Assembly: GCF_000018105.1 (NCBI RefSeq)
Contig: NC_009925.1
Coordinates: 4,470,001 to 4,502,000, forward strand
DNA: 32,000 nucleotides
Origin: Acaryochloris marina MBIC11017
GTDB lineage: Bacteria; Cyanobacteriota; Cyanobacteriia; Thermosynechococcales; Thermosynechococcaceae
Reading direction: 5' to 3'
Under the pieces are notes generated by a model, which had not been told where the DNA came from, made no database searches, and worked only from the letters and a program-made list of their open reading frames with translations. Of the stretch, positions 18,414 through 26,002 are shown piece by piece. How positions within the stretch are numbered: position 1 is the stretch's first letter; the number at the start of each line of letters is the position of its first letter. Made by a program: the position numbers and the translations under genes.

Positions 18414-18443
18414 CTATAAAAAAAGCTAGCGATTTGCTAGCTT
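18414..18443 (-). terminator. Stem-loop with a U-tract on the minus strand. Possible bidirectional terminator for ctpA and the ilvA-lrgAB transcript.
   Basis: AAGCTAGC (18423-18430) / GCTAGCTT (18436-18443), an 8-bp stem with a 5-nt loop. The A-run at 18418-18424 reads as a U-run after the stem on the minus strand. It lies immediately after the ctpA stop (18411-18413). Confidence 0.5.
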
Positions 18444-18712
18444 CTACAGAATCAGTCACGTTGTATCTCATTTCGAGGAAGCCAAACTGCGCGTTCCCAG
18501 TTGTGCAGCAGGTAAATGTAACATTCCTCACATTTTCTATCGTAATGTAACAACAAACACAAAAGTTGATACATAAACCTTTACGTTCTGAGGGTGATAC
18601 CTCATAAATTTTGTTTATGAGTAATATTGATAATTGCCGAAAACAATCGCTTCAAGGTGAAGTTAGCGTCACATCTAGGGGATGATCAAAGATAAACTCA
18701 CCCGACACCCGT

Positions 18713-19444
18713 TTAAGCGTCCAGATTTAACATTCGTAACAGCCAGGGTAACAGAGCAGCAGAGACAAAGGCTGATAAAGCCATCCCTAGCCCTGAAAAG
18801 GCTCCCATTTCCCCACTCACCTGAAAGGCCCGTGCCGTGCCGATGCCATGGGATGTAATCCCCATAGCAATTCCTCGGACGCTATCGTCTCGGATGCCCA
18901 GCCAACGGAAGATAGGGGTCCCCAAGGTAGCGCCAATAATGCCCGTCATCACTACTAAAACCGCCGTTAAGGAGGGGAGGCCACCGATTTTCTCAGTAAT
19001 CCCCATGGCTACAGGTGCCGTAACGGATTTGGGCGCTAGGGACAGGAGGGTTTGGGGCGTTGCACCTAGGAGTGCAGCAGTTGCGATCGCACTCAGCGCT
19101 GCGGCACTGATGCCTACCATTAAGGCCAAGGTAACCGGTAGCCATAGTCGTCGTAATTTAGCCAATTGCTTATAGAGAGGAATGGCCAGGGAGACCGTCG
19201 CTGGTCCCAGCAAAAAGTGCACAAATTGCGCCCCTTCAAAATAAGTGAAGTATGACGTCTTAGTGAGGGATAACAACCCAATTAGCAACGCCACTGCAAT
19301 AGCCACCGGGTTCAACAGCGGATGCCCTTTCCCCCATCGGTATATTCTATAGGCCATTTGATAAGCCGCTAGGGTAATGCTCAAGCCCAACAAAGGTGAA
19401 GCAGCTAAGTACACCCAGATTTCTGTCAAGTTTGATTTAGGCAT
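18713..19444 (-). CDS. lrgB: LrgB/CidB-family membrane protein (PLGG1-like)
   Basis: 243 aa, polytopic and Gly/Ala-rich. 'GITSHGIGTARA' is typical of LrgB. Its ATG overlaps the lrgA stop by 8 nt. Confidence 0.85.
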   Translation of the reverse strand: MPKSNLTEIWVYLAASPLLGLSITLAAYQMAYRIYRWGKGHPLLNPVAIAVALLIGLLSLTKTSYFTYFEGAQFVHFLLGPATVSLAIPLYKQLAKLRRLWLPVTLALMVGISAAALSAIATAALLGATPQTLLSLAPKSVTAPVAMGITEKIGGLPSLTAVLVVMTGIIGATLGTPIFRWLGIRDDSVRGIAMGITSHGIGTARAFQVSGEMGAFSGLGMALSAFVSAALLPWLLRMLNLDA

Positions 19445-19799
19445 CGGAGCGTCTCCTCAGGGTCAATACCTTACTCGCCACCTGCATGGTCCAGGCCGAC
19501 ACCATTAACGTCACCACCGTACTCACCAATAAGGCCACCAGAATCGCCCATCCTTCACTGCGAATTCGCTGAAAGTGAACCATCACCCCCACCCCAGCGG
19601 GCACAAACAGTAATGATAAATGGCTCAATAACGTTGTGGCCGCCTTCTCCACATCTTCCGGGATTTTGCCCAGCATCATCAGCGTCAGCAATAGTAAGAA
19701 CATGCCTACGACCGGCCCTGGCGTTGGTAAATTCAGCAGCAGCACCAATACTTCTCCTAATAGCTCATAGAGAAGCAGCACCAGAAAACCCGTAATCAT
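19437..19799 (-). CDS. lrgA: LrgA/CidA-family small membrane protein
   Basis: 120 aa with 4 TM helices. It lies directly upstream of lrgB and overlaps it. It starts 3 nt after the ilvA stop. Confidence 0.8.
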   Translation of the reverse strand: MITGFLVLLLYELLGEVLVLLLNLPTPGPVVGMFLLLLTLMMLGKIPEDVEKAATTLLSHLSLLFVPAGVGVMVHFQRIRSEGWAILVALLVSTVVTLMVSAWTMQVASKVLTLRRRSDA

Positions 19800-19802
19800 A
19801 AT

Positions 19803-21317
19803 TTATCCCAGAAAGAGCTGGTAGGCAGGGTTTTGACTTTCGTCAGAATAGGGATAGCCCAGGGTATCCAAGAAGGATTGCCATTCATTCATTTCGTCAG
19901 GAGGGACCTGGGTTCCGACGACGATACGCCCATAATCCGCGCCATTATTTCGGTAGTGAAATAAGCTGATATTCCAATCGGGACTCATACAGCCTAAAAA
20001 CTTCGTTAGGGCACCTGGCCGTTCCGGAAACTCGAATCGGTAAAGTAATTCATTGCCAGCCATGGGCGATCGGCCCCCCACCATATGTCGCAGGTGCAGC
20101 TTCGCTAATTCGTCATCCGTGAGGTCCAAGGTTTTAAACCCTTGTTCTTCCAAGGCTTGGGCAATGTGGGCCGCATCGGCCCGGTTTTGAATTTGTACAC
20201 CGACAAAAATATGGGCTTCCTGACGATCGGCAATCCGATAATTGAACTCCGTCAAATTATGGTTGCCGAGACAGGCGCAAAACTTACGAAAGCTTCCGCG
20301 CTCCTCAGGGATGGTAACGGCAAAGATCGCTTCTCGTCGTTCTCCTAACTCAGCCCGTTCAGCGACAAAGCGAAGCCGATCAAAATTCATATTGGCACCG
20401 CAGGCTAAGGCAACTAGGGTTTGGTCCTGGAGTTGCTCCCGCTCAATATAGGCTTTGGCGCCCGCCACTGCCAGAGCCCCCGCTGGCTCCAGAATAGAAC
20501 GGGTATCTTCAAAGACATCTTTAATGGCCGCGCAGGTATCGTCCGTATTCACGAGGACGATTTCATCGACATATTTCTGGCAGAGGCGAAATGTCTCTTC
20601 GCCCACTTCTCGGACCGCCACCCCATCGGCAAATAGCCCAACATGGGAGAGCCGCACCCGCTTGCCCACCTGCAAGGACTGATGCATGGCTGCCGCATCT
20701 ACGGGTTCGACCCCAATAATCCGAATATCGGGACGCAATCGCTTGATATAGGCCCCAATCCCAGAAATTAAGCCACCCCCTCCAATGGCAATAAAAATGG
20801 CATGAATCGGCTTTTGATATTGGCGCAAAATCTCCATGCCAATGGTGCCTTGGCCTGCAATTACATCCGGGTCATCAAAGGGATGGATAAACGTCAGCCC
20901 TTTTTCTGTTGAGAGCTGCCGGGCATGGGCATAGGCGTCGTCATAGGTATCTCCGAAAAGGACCACCTGGCCTCCTCGGGCTTTGACGGCATCAACTTTG
21001 ACTTTGGGCGTGGTCACGGGCATCACAATCAACGCCGTTGTGCCCAATTGGCGAGCCCCTAAAGCGACGCCCTGGGCATGGTTGCCTGCAGAAGCCGCAA
21101 TCACCCCTTGATGCAGTTGATCCGGGGGCAGCTGAGCCATCTTGTTATAAGCACCCCGCAACTTAAAGGAAAACACTGACTGCATATCTTCTCGCTTGAG
21201 GAGAATACGATTGTGCAAACGGTCGGATAGACGGGGGGCCAATTCCAGTGGACTTTCCTGTGCCACATCATAGACCCGTGCTGTCAGGATGCGTTCAAGG
21301 TAATCTGGATGACTCAC
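19803..21317 (-). CDS. ilvA: Biosynthetic threonine ammonia-lyase (threonine deaminase)
   Basis: 504 aa with the PLP-lysine motif 'FSFKLRGAYNKM', glycine loop 'GGGGLISG' and two C-terminal ACT-like regulatory repeats. Apparent GTG start. Confidence 0.95.
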   Translation of the reverse strand: MSHPDYLERILTARVYDVAQESPLELAPRLSDRLHNRILLKREDMQSVFSFKLRGAYNKMAQLPPDQLHQGVIAASAGNHAQGVALGARQLGTTALIVMPVTTPKVKVDAVKARGGQVVLFGDTYDDAYAHARQLSTEKGLTFIHPFDDPDVIAGQGTIGMEILRQYQKPIHAIFIAIGGGGLISGIGAYIKRLRPDIRIIGVEPVDAAAMHQSLQVGKRVRLSHVGLFADGVAVREVGEETFRLCQKYVDEIVLVNTDDTCAAIKDVFEDTRSILEPAGALAVAGAKAYIEREQLQDQTLVALACGANMNFDRLRFVAERAELGERREAIFAVTIPEERGSFRKFCACLGNHNLTEFNYRIADRQEAHIFVGVQIQNRADAAHIAQALEEQGFKTLDLTDDELAKLHLRHMVGGRSPMAGNELLYRFEFPERPGALTKFLGCMSPDWNISLFHYRNNGADYGRIVVGTQVPPDEMNEWQSFLDTLGYPYSDESQNPAYQLFLG

Positions 21318-21413
21318 GGGGCTACCGATCTAAAAGCGAAAGATTAACTCTACTGTACGCTTTCTTACAACCGAAATACGAGTCCTATGGTCGAGGTGAT
21401 AACAAGTATTAGG

Positions 21414-22046
21414 TTAGAGCTGCCCTAACAACTGGGGCAGATTCACAATCTCAGGAAACTTGGTGATCACTTGAGAGCAGGATTGGACAAACCCTTTGAT
21501 CCATTTTTGAGCCAGCTCTTTTTGCTGTTCGTCTAGGGCTTGGGCCGGATCGGCTGCATAGGTAACGGGTTGCGATCGCTGAATTTGAAACTGTTCAAAC
21601 CAGTCGCTTTGAGGGCGGGCGGCCTGTAAATAATTAGTAGTAATCGCTGCACCTAAAAAAGTAGTGCTACTCTCTTGGAGCTGATTCAAAATTTTAAGCA
21701 ATACATCCACTGTAACCGTAGGTTTAGGCGGACTGGCAGCTGGTGCAGGCTGAGGAGCATTTGCACCTTGATCCGAGGCTGAAGATTCCCCCAAAATTGC
21801 AAAGATCCGCTGTTCAACCTCTTTTAATTGGGGCTGAGGGGTAAACGATTGTGCAGTTAACCCTTGGTGATACTGAACGAGGGTCTCTAACTGCCGGACC
21901 ATCAGATCAATTTCTCCCCCACTATAGAGGCTCTTTAAGACCTGCTCGAGATCCATAAAGGTGGAAAAGTCATCGCCCATATCCTCTACTTGCGATAAAT
22001 ACGGATCTTTCTGCCGATACAGCTTCCGTATGTAGTAATTGGTCAT
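21414..22046 (-). CDS. Hypothetical protein with a central Pro/Ala-rich linker
   Basis: The listed ORF starts at TTG 22088, and the in-frame ATG at 22046 (MTNYYIRKLY) is more plausible. No recognised domain. It is divergent from the V4R operon. Confidence 0.5.
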   Translation of the reverse strand: MTNYYIRKLYRQKDPYLSQVEDMGDDFSTFMDLEQVLKSLYSGGEIDLMVRQLETLVQYHQGLTAQSFTPQPQLKEVEQRIFAILGESSASDQGANAPQPAPAASPPKPTVTVDVLLKILNQLQESSTTFLGAAITTNYLQAARPQSDWFEQFQIQRSQPVTYAADPAQALDEQQKELAQKWIKGFVQSCSQVITKFPEIVNLPQLLGQL

Positions 22047-22683
22047 GGGTGAAATCTTGGTGGGCACAATCGAACCTTTACTGCGCAAATAAGGTCAAAG
22101 AAGTAGATTATAAGGTGAAGCTCCTTTATTTAGGTTACACATTTTTTCAGATTGATCAGACACTAAAACAACCGCTAGTGAAAGAAAAAAGTGCCTGGAG
22201 GTCAAAACTCGAGAAAACGGAATTGTTGGGCTGAACGAAGACGTTCGAATTTATACGAAAATAGAATAAAAGGACTGCAAATCCGTAATTTCACCGATTT
22301 AGCCGCATCGATGAATATGTAATCCTAGTAAATATTATTTACAAAAAAATATTTTTTCATTGTTTGCATAACCAGGCTTCTTAGACTTTAAAATGCGGCT
22401 CAAAAGTGAATATTCAAATCCAGTGAGTGATGCTTTGCATATACGACTTATGGGTATTCTGCTAAACGTGTGTTTTCCACAGACAAAATCTGCATCATTA
22501 AATCTGCCTGATGAGTAGAATCGAACTTTAAAAAGGGGCATTCTTTAGATAGACAAAGTTCTCTGCACGGTTCGCGATTCCAGAGGACACTTGTTGGCTT
22601 ATCAGTCTTAGGTCCATTTGAGCCTTTGCTAAGTAACGAATGCCCATTCGTCATTGAAATTACATAAAAAAGGGTTAGTCTCA

Positions 22684-23397
22684 ATGGTTTTTACACCAGC
22701 TGAAACCGCTACCAGTGTGCCTGTAGGTAATACTGGTCGTTCATTCAAGCAATCGTACCCTCACAAGCTAAATCACTACCGCTTTGAGGATTTCTTTACC
22801 TTCAATCATTCAAAAGGCACTATCGATGATTGGCATGAATCTCGCAATATTCTGGCGAGTGAAGATTTTATTGTGGCCCTGATCGAAGGTTTAGAACAGG
22901 AAGTCGGTAGTGCTTCAACGGTCGTGATGTATAACATCGGCCAAGAGTGGGGCAAGCAAGATGCGGTCTTTTTCCAAAATTGGTTTGAAGCCCAATTCCA
23001 ACAATCTCTGCGCAAATGCCGCCCCTCTCTTGCTTTAGAAGCCTGGTGGTGGCCCTTTACTAGCCAAGGCTGGGGAAACTGGGAAGTTGATTTGGATAAT
23101 CAGCAAAACGGTTTTATGTTTATCAACATTTTCGATTCTGCGGTTGCTCGCACCCTTGGAGATGTCGGCAAGCCCGTCTGCCATATCTATGCAGGTTTAT
23201 TCGCCGGTTTCTTCTCCCACCTCGTGAATAAAGAACTGAGCTGTATCGAAACCCAATGCTATGCCATGGGAGAAACCTACTGTAAGTTTTTGCTGGGTAA
23301 ACAAGATCGCATTGATGCCGCCACCTTTTGGCAAAACGAAGGAGCTACAGCCCGAGATATTGAAACTAAGCTGCAGGGTGGAGAATATCTATCGTGA
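22684..23397 (+). CDS. V4R (4-vinyl reductase / BchJ-like) domain protein, paralog 1
   Basis: The ATG at 22684 is preferred over the listed TTG at 22654. C-terminal V4R signature 'PVCHIYAGLFAGFFSHLVNKELSCIETQCYAMGETYCKFLLG' (C..aG...G....E..C...G...C.F). The N-terminal part 'RNILASEDFIVALIEGLEQEVGSASTVVMYNIGQEWGK' is as in BchJ/XylR-N type proteins. Confidence 0.75.
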   Translation: MVFTPAETATSVPVGNTGRSFKQSYPHKLNHYRFEDFFTFNHSKGTIDDWHESRNILASEDFIVALIEGLEQEVGSASTVVMYNIGQEWGKQDAVFFQNWFEAQFQQSLRKCRPSLALEAWWWPFTSQGWGNWEVDLDNQQNGFMFINIFDSAVARTLGDVGKPVCHIYAGLFAGFFSHLVNKELSCIETQCYAMGETYCKFLLGKQDRIDAATFWQNEGATARDIETKLQGGEYLS

Positions 23398-23747
23398 ATA
23401 GTTGGAAATATCTAACAGTTCGTGAGTTCTTAGAAGGATATAACTGGTCAGGAGAATCCATTCTCCAAGCTGACCCTATCCCTGAGGCAAGTGAGTCTAT
23501 TGCGTGGCAACGTCAGACGGTCCAGACATTTTTCAGTCAATTCAATTGGACAGGACGCCTGATAGAGAAACCAATGATGGTTGCTACCGCTCCATCCTTC
23601 TCTACACGTTTAAATGTGCAGGCATTTTTTCAGCATTTTATCTGGGAGGGGCAACCTAATATTGCAGCGATGCCCAGCATTCCCTCATCATCCCCAATCA
23701 CCCTTGAGGATGATCTGAATCTAAATGACTTCTCCGATATGTTTTGA
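23394..23747 (+). CDS. Small protein with a triple Trp-containing repeat (V-x-x-F-F/L-x-x-F/Y-N/I-W-x-G)
   Basis: The GTG start overlaps the upstream stop (GTGA), and GGTGGAG lies 10 nt upstream. The repeats are 'VREFLEGYNWSG' (aa 9-20), 'VQTFFSQFNWTG' (43-54) and 'VQAFFQHFIWEG' (75-86). The tail is acidic. Confidence 0.6.
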   Translation: MNSWKYLTVREFLEGYNWSGESILQADPIPEASESIAWQRQTVQTFFSQFNWTGRLIEKPMMVATAPSFSTRLNVQAFFQHFIWEGQPNIAAMPSIPSSSPITLEDDLNLNDFSDMF

Positions 23748-23755
23748 GGATTACC

Positions 23756-24241
23756 ATGCAATCGAACTTTGAAGATTATCTGCGGGCCGCAGAAGATCAC
23801 TACTTACAGACCCCAGAAATGAACGGTTTCAAACAGCAGGTCGATGCTTTGCAAGATCGACTGGCCCTTTATGAAACCTTACGAGATCAAGAACTGATTA
23901 TTTTTCAGGCCATTGCCGATCAGTTAAACAAGGAGACCTTCTCTAATTCCCAATCTGATCAGGAGAAGGTGTTTACCCACTGGATGTCGGTGTTGCGCTA
24001 TAGCGCCATGGCCATGCTCACGGATCAACCTCAAACCCTTACCATCCAACTGAGCTGGCTGAAGGATGTGGTTGGTGACAGTGAATTTACTGCCCTCCAC
24101 CAGAAGATCAGTGAGCTGCTGCACGCGAGTTTGAGTTCTGTCTTATCGGAGAGCCAACTTGCCTCGCTTGAGCCATTTTTAACGGAGGCAAATCGCACTC
24201 TGGTCGGCCAAAGCAGCCCCGAATTAGCAATGTTGAGTTAA
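23756..24241 (+). CDS. Phycobiliprotein-fold (globin-like, PF00502-type) protein lacking the chromophore Cys
   Basis: ATG at 23756 with TGAGGA 5 nt upstream (the listed TTG at 23744 is rejected). It is 161 aa and all-helical. 'AAEDHYLQTPEMNGFKQQVDALQDRLALYETLRDQELIIFQAIADQL' aligns with the phycobiliprotein X-Y-A-B helices. The Cys-x-Arg-Asp position reads F-T-H-W. Confidence 0.55.
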   Translation: MQSNFEDYLRAAEDHYLQTPEMNGFKQQVDALQDRLALYETLRDQELIIFQAIADQLNKETFSNSQSDQEKVFTHWMSVLRYSAMAMLTDQPQTLTIQLSWLKDVVGDSEFTALHQKISELLHASLSSVLSESQLASLEPFLTEANRTLVGQSSPELAMLS

Positions 24242-24259
24242 TGACCAGAGGAAATAAAT

Positions 24260-24931
24260 ATGATTGCTGTTGAAGAATTAATTGGTCAAAACCACATCCC
24301 AGGTAATTTCTTTGCCCCTGAAGTCTATGTGCAAGGAGATACCGAACTAGGGCTAATCGAGAATCGGGAAGGATCTCGCCTCATTGCCCTTCCGGACACC
24401 CTACTCAAATCTTTATACAGTAGCTTAGAACATGAGGTCGGTCCTGCTGCCGATTTAGTTCTACTGCAATGTGGTCGTTGGTGGGGCAAGAATTTTTACC
24501 GCCGATTTGCATCAGAAGTCAGCGACTACTATGGAAAGCCCTTGGCAGAGATGGAAATGGTGGAATTCCTACAGTCCTTTAAGGAATGCTGGAAAACCTA
24601 TGGCTGGGGCCTAATCGATTTTGATTTTAGTCACCACCACCAAGGATTTTTGGTGATCACGACCCAGAATTCGGCGTTCGCCCAGGGCCGGGAAACAGGA
24701 GATAAGCCGTCTTGCTTCGTCGAAAGGGGGCTCCTGAGTACCTTTTTTAGCCAACTGACTGGCCGAGAGTTAGACGGCGTGCAAACATCCTGTGAGTCAA
24801 TGCAAGCCGATTGCAATCGCTTTATTCTAGGCCTACCTGAGCGCATGAAAGCAGCTGAAGCTTGGGTCAAAGAAGCTCAGGATCATGACACTATCCTTGC
24901 TCGGTTATGTGATAGCCAAGCTACAGGGTAA
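24260..24931 (+). CDS. V4R (4-vinyl reductase / BchJ-like) domain protein, paralog 2
   Basis: ATG with AGAGGA upstream. 'PSCFVERGLLSTFFSQLTGRELDGVQTSCESMQADCNRFILG' is a V4R signature. N-terminal 'SRLIALPDTLLKSLYSSLEHEVGPAADLVLLQCGRWWGK' parallels paralog 1. Confidence 0.75.
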   Translation: MIAVEELIGQNHIPGNFFAPEVYVQGDTELGLIENREGSRLIALPDTLLKSLYSSLEHEVGPAADLVLLQCGRWWGKNFYRRFASEVSDYYGKPLAEMEMVEFLQSFKECWKTYGWGLIDFDFSHHHQGFLVITTQNSAFAQGRETGDKPSCFVERGLLSTFFSQLTGRELDGVQTSCESMQADCNRFILGLPERMKAAEAWVKEAQDHDTILARLCDSQATG

Positions 24932-24979
24932 ACCAATGTTGATGCAGTTGATGAGTATTCCACTTTGGAGAAGTAAGCA

Positions 24980-25462
24980 ATGGCCAAAATAGTTAGGTTA
25001 GATCCGATTGGTCAAGAAACAAGCGTGCCGACCAACGATAACTTGCTGTCAGCATTGCTTAAGAACGAGTTGAAAGTCCTCCATGAATGTGGCGGACGTG
25101 GGATGTGTGCAACCTGCCATATTTTCATTAAGGATGGCATGGAGCATTTATCTCCCATGAGTCGCCGAGAACGGCGGACTTTAGGGGTGATCACGACCTG
25201 CAAACTGAATTCTCGCCTCGCTTGTCAAAGCAAAGTCATGGGGGAAGGCGTCGTAGTTGAACTCCCGGCGGGTATGTACCTCAGTGATGTCAGTGACATC
25301 GAGAGCTTAATCGGACGTCGAGCGGAAGAGAATATCCTTCATCCTCTGGATGGTCGGGTCTTAGTTGAAGCTGGAAAGCTGATTACCCGGTCCATGATCA
25401 GCCAACTGGAAGAAACTCGCAGTGATGTGTCCACTCACTTAGCTAATTCACAACTTGTATAA
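24980..25462 (+). CDS. 2Fe-2S ferredoxin-domain protein with a ~70-aa C-terminal extension
   Basis: Cluster ligands 'CGGRGMCATCH' (C-x5-C-x2-C) plus 'LACQ' about 35 residues later. The ferredoxin domain covers about aa 1-95. I do not recognise the rest, 'SDVSDIESLIGRRAEENILHPLDGRVLVEAGKLITRSMISQLEE'. Confidence 0.8.
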   Translation: MAKIVRLDPIGQETSVPTNDNLLSALLKNELKVLHECGGRGMCATCHIFIKDGMEHLSPMSRRERRTLGVITTCKLNSRLACQSKVMGEGVVVELPAGMYLSDVSDIESLIGRRAEENILHPLDGRVLVEAGKLITRSMISQLEETRSDVSTHLANSQLV

Positions 25463-25489
25463 CAACAGATTTTATCTGGGGGAAATAAT

Positions 25490-25957
25490 ATGCTGTCACA
25501 ATTGAAGCGACTGAATATTGAAACAGATGGTCGCTATGCCACTGAGGCAGATCTAGCCTTTTTGAAGTCCTACTTGCAATCCGTGCGCGACCGTATTAGC
25601 GCCTATGAAAAGATTAGAGATGCTGAAGATGCAATTACGGATCAAGCAGACGAAGTTTTAATGGCTGCAGATCCCAAGGTTTTTCATAAGGGGTCGCAGG
25701 ATTATTCCGAAACGTGTCGCCGAGATCGCAGAAACACATTGCGTCATGCCGCAGCAGCCATGCTATTTAACGATTTAGACCGCCTGCGAGATGGCCTCCT
25801 ACTCTGGCAAAGAACCATTGTACATGCCGTCAAGGATGAGCAGGCCTCTGCCCTGACTTGGCAAGAGATGCCGGGGGTATTGAAAGACCATCTATCCGAT
25901 GAGGAAGCAGAGTTAATGATGCCTGCGCTCCGCCTCAATCAGGCCTTATTAAATTAA
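25490..25957 (+). CDS. Phycobiliprotein-fold protein retaining the Cys-x-Arg-Asp bilin-attachment motif
   Basis: 155 aa. 'ETDGRYATEADLAFLKSYL' matches 'DAEARYLSPGELDRIKAFV' of ApcA. 'SETCRRDRRNTLRHAAAAML' matches '[20 protein letters not shown]'. Cys76 (codon 25715-25717) aligns with chromophore Cys81/84, and Arg78-Asp79 align with the bilin-contacting Arg/Asp. Confidence 0.6.
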   Translation: MLSQLKRLNIETDGRYATEADLAFLKSYLQSVRDRISAYEKIRDAEDAITDQADEVLMAADPKVFHKGSQDYSETCRRDRRNTLRHAAAAMLFNDLDRLRDGLLLWQRTIVHAVKDEQASALTWQEMPGVLKDHLSDEEAELMMPALRLNQALLN

Positions 25958-26002
25958 TCATTACAGAACCATTATTGAGCGTTTTTAGGGTTTCTAGAAA
26001 TT

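Noticed and set aside
18601-18621. AT-rich hairpin CTCATAAA-TTTTG-TTTATGAG in the ctpA/lrgB spacer as an sRNA or terminator
   Set aside because: The 8-bp stem has a single G-C pair and sits in AT-rich DNA, so stability would be low. There are no flanking promoter or terminator signals I can support.
22328-22342. The palindrome GTAAATATTATTTAC as an NtcA binding site
   Set aside because: The NtcA consensus is GTA-N8-TAC, and this site is GTA-N9-TAC. In such AT-rich DNA a palindrome of this type can also arise by chance. I keep it only as a generic palindrome, not as an NtcA call.
22335-22684. Minus-strand ORFs 22335..22541 and 22448..22684 in the AT-rich spacer upstream of the V4R operon
   Set aside because: They are short and mutually overlapping, with AT-driven Lys/Phe/Ser-rich composition and no SD or recognisable motif. 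I treat the region as regulatory DNA, not coding.
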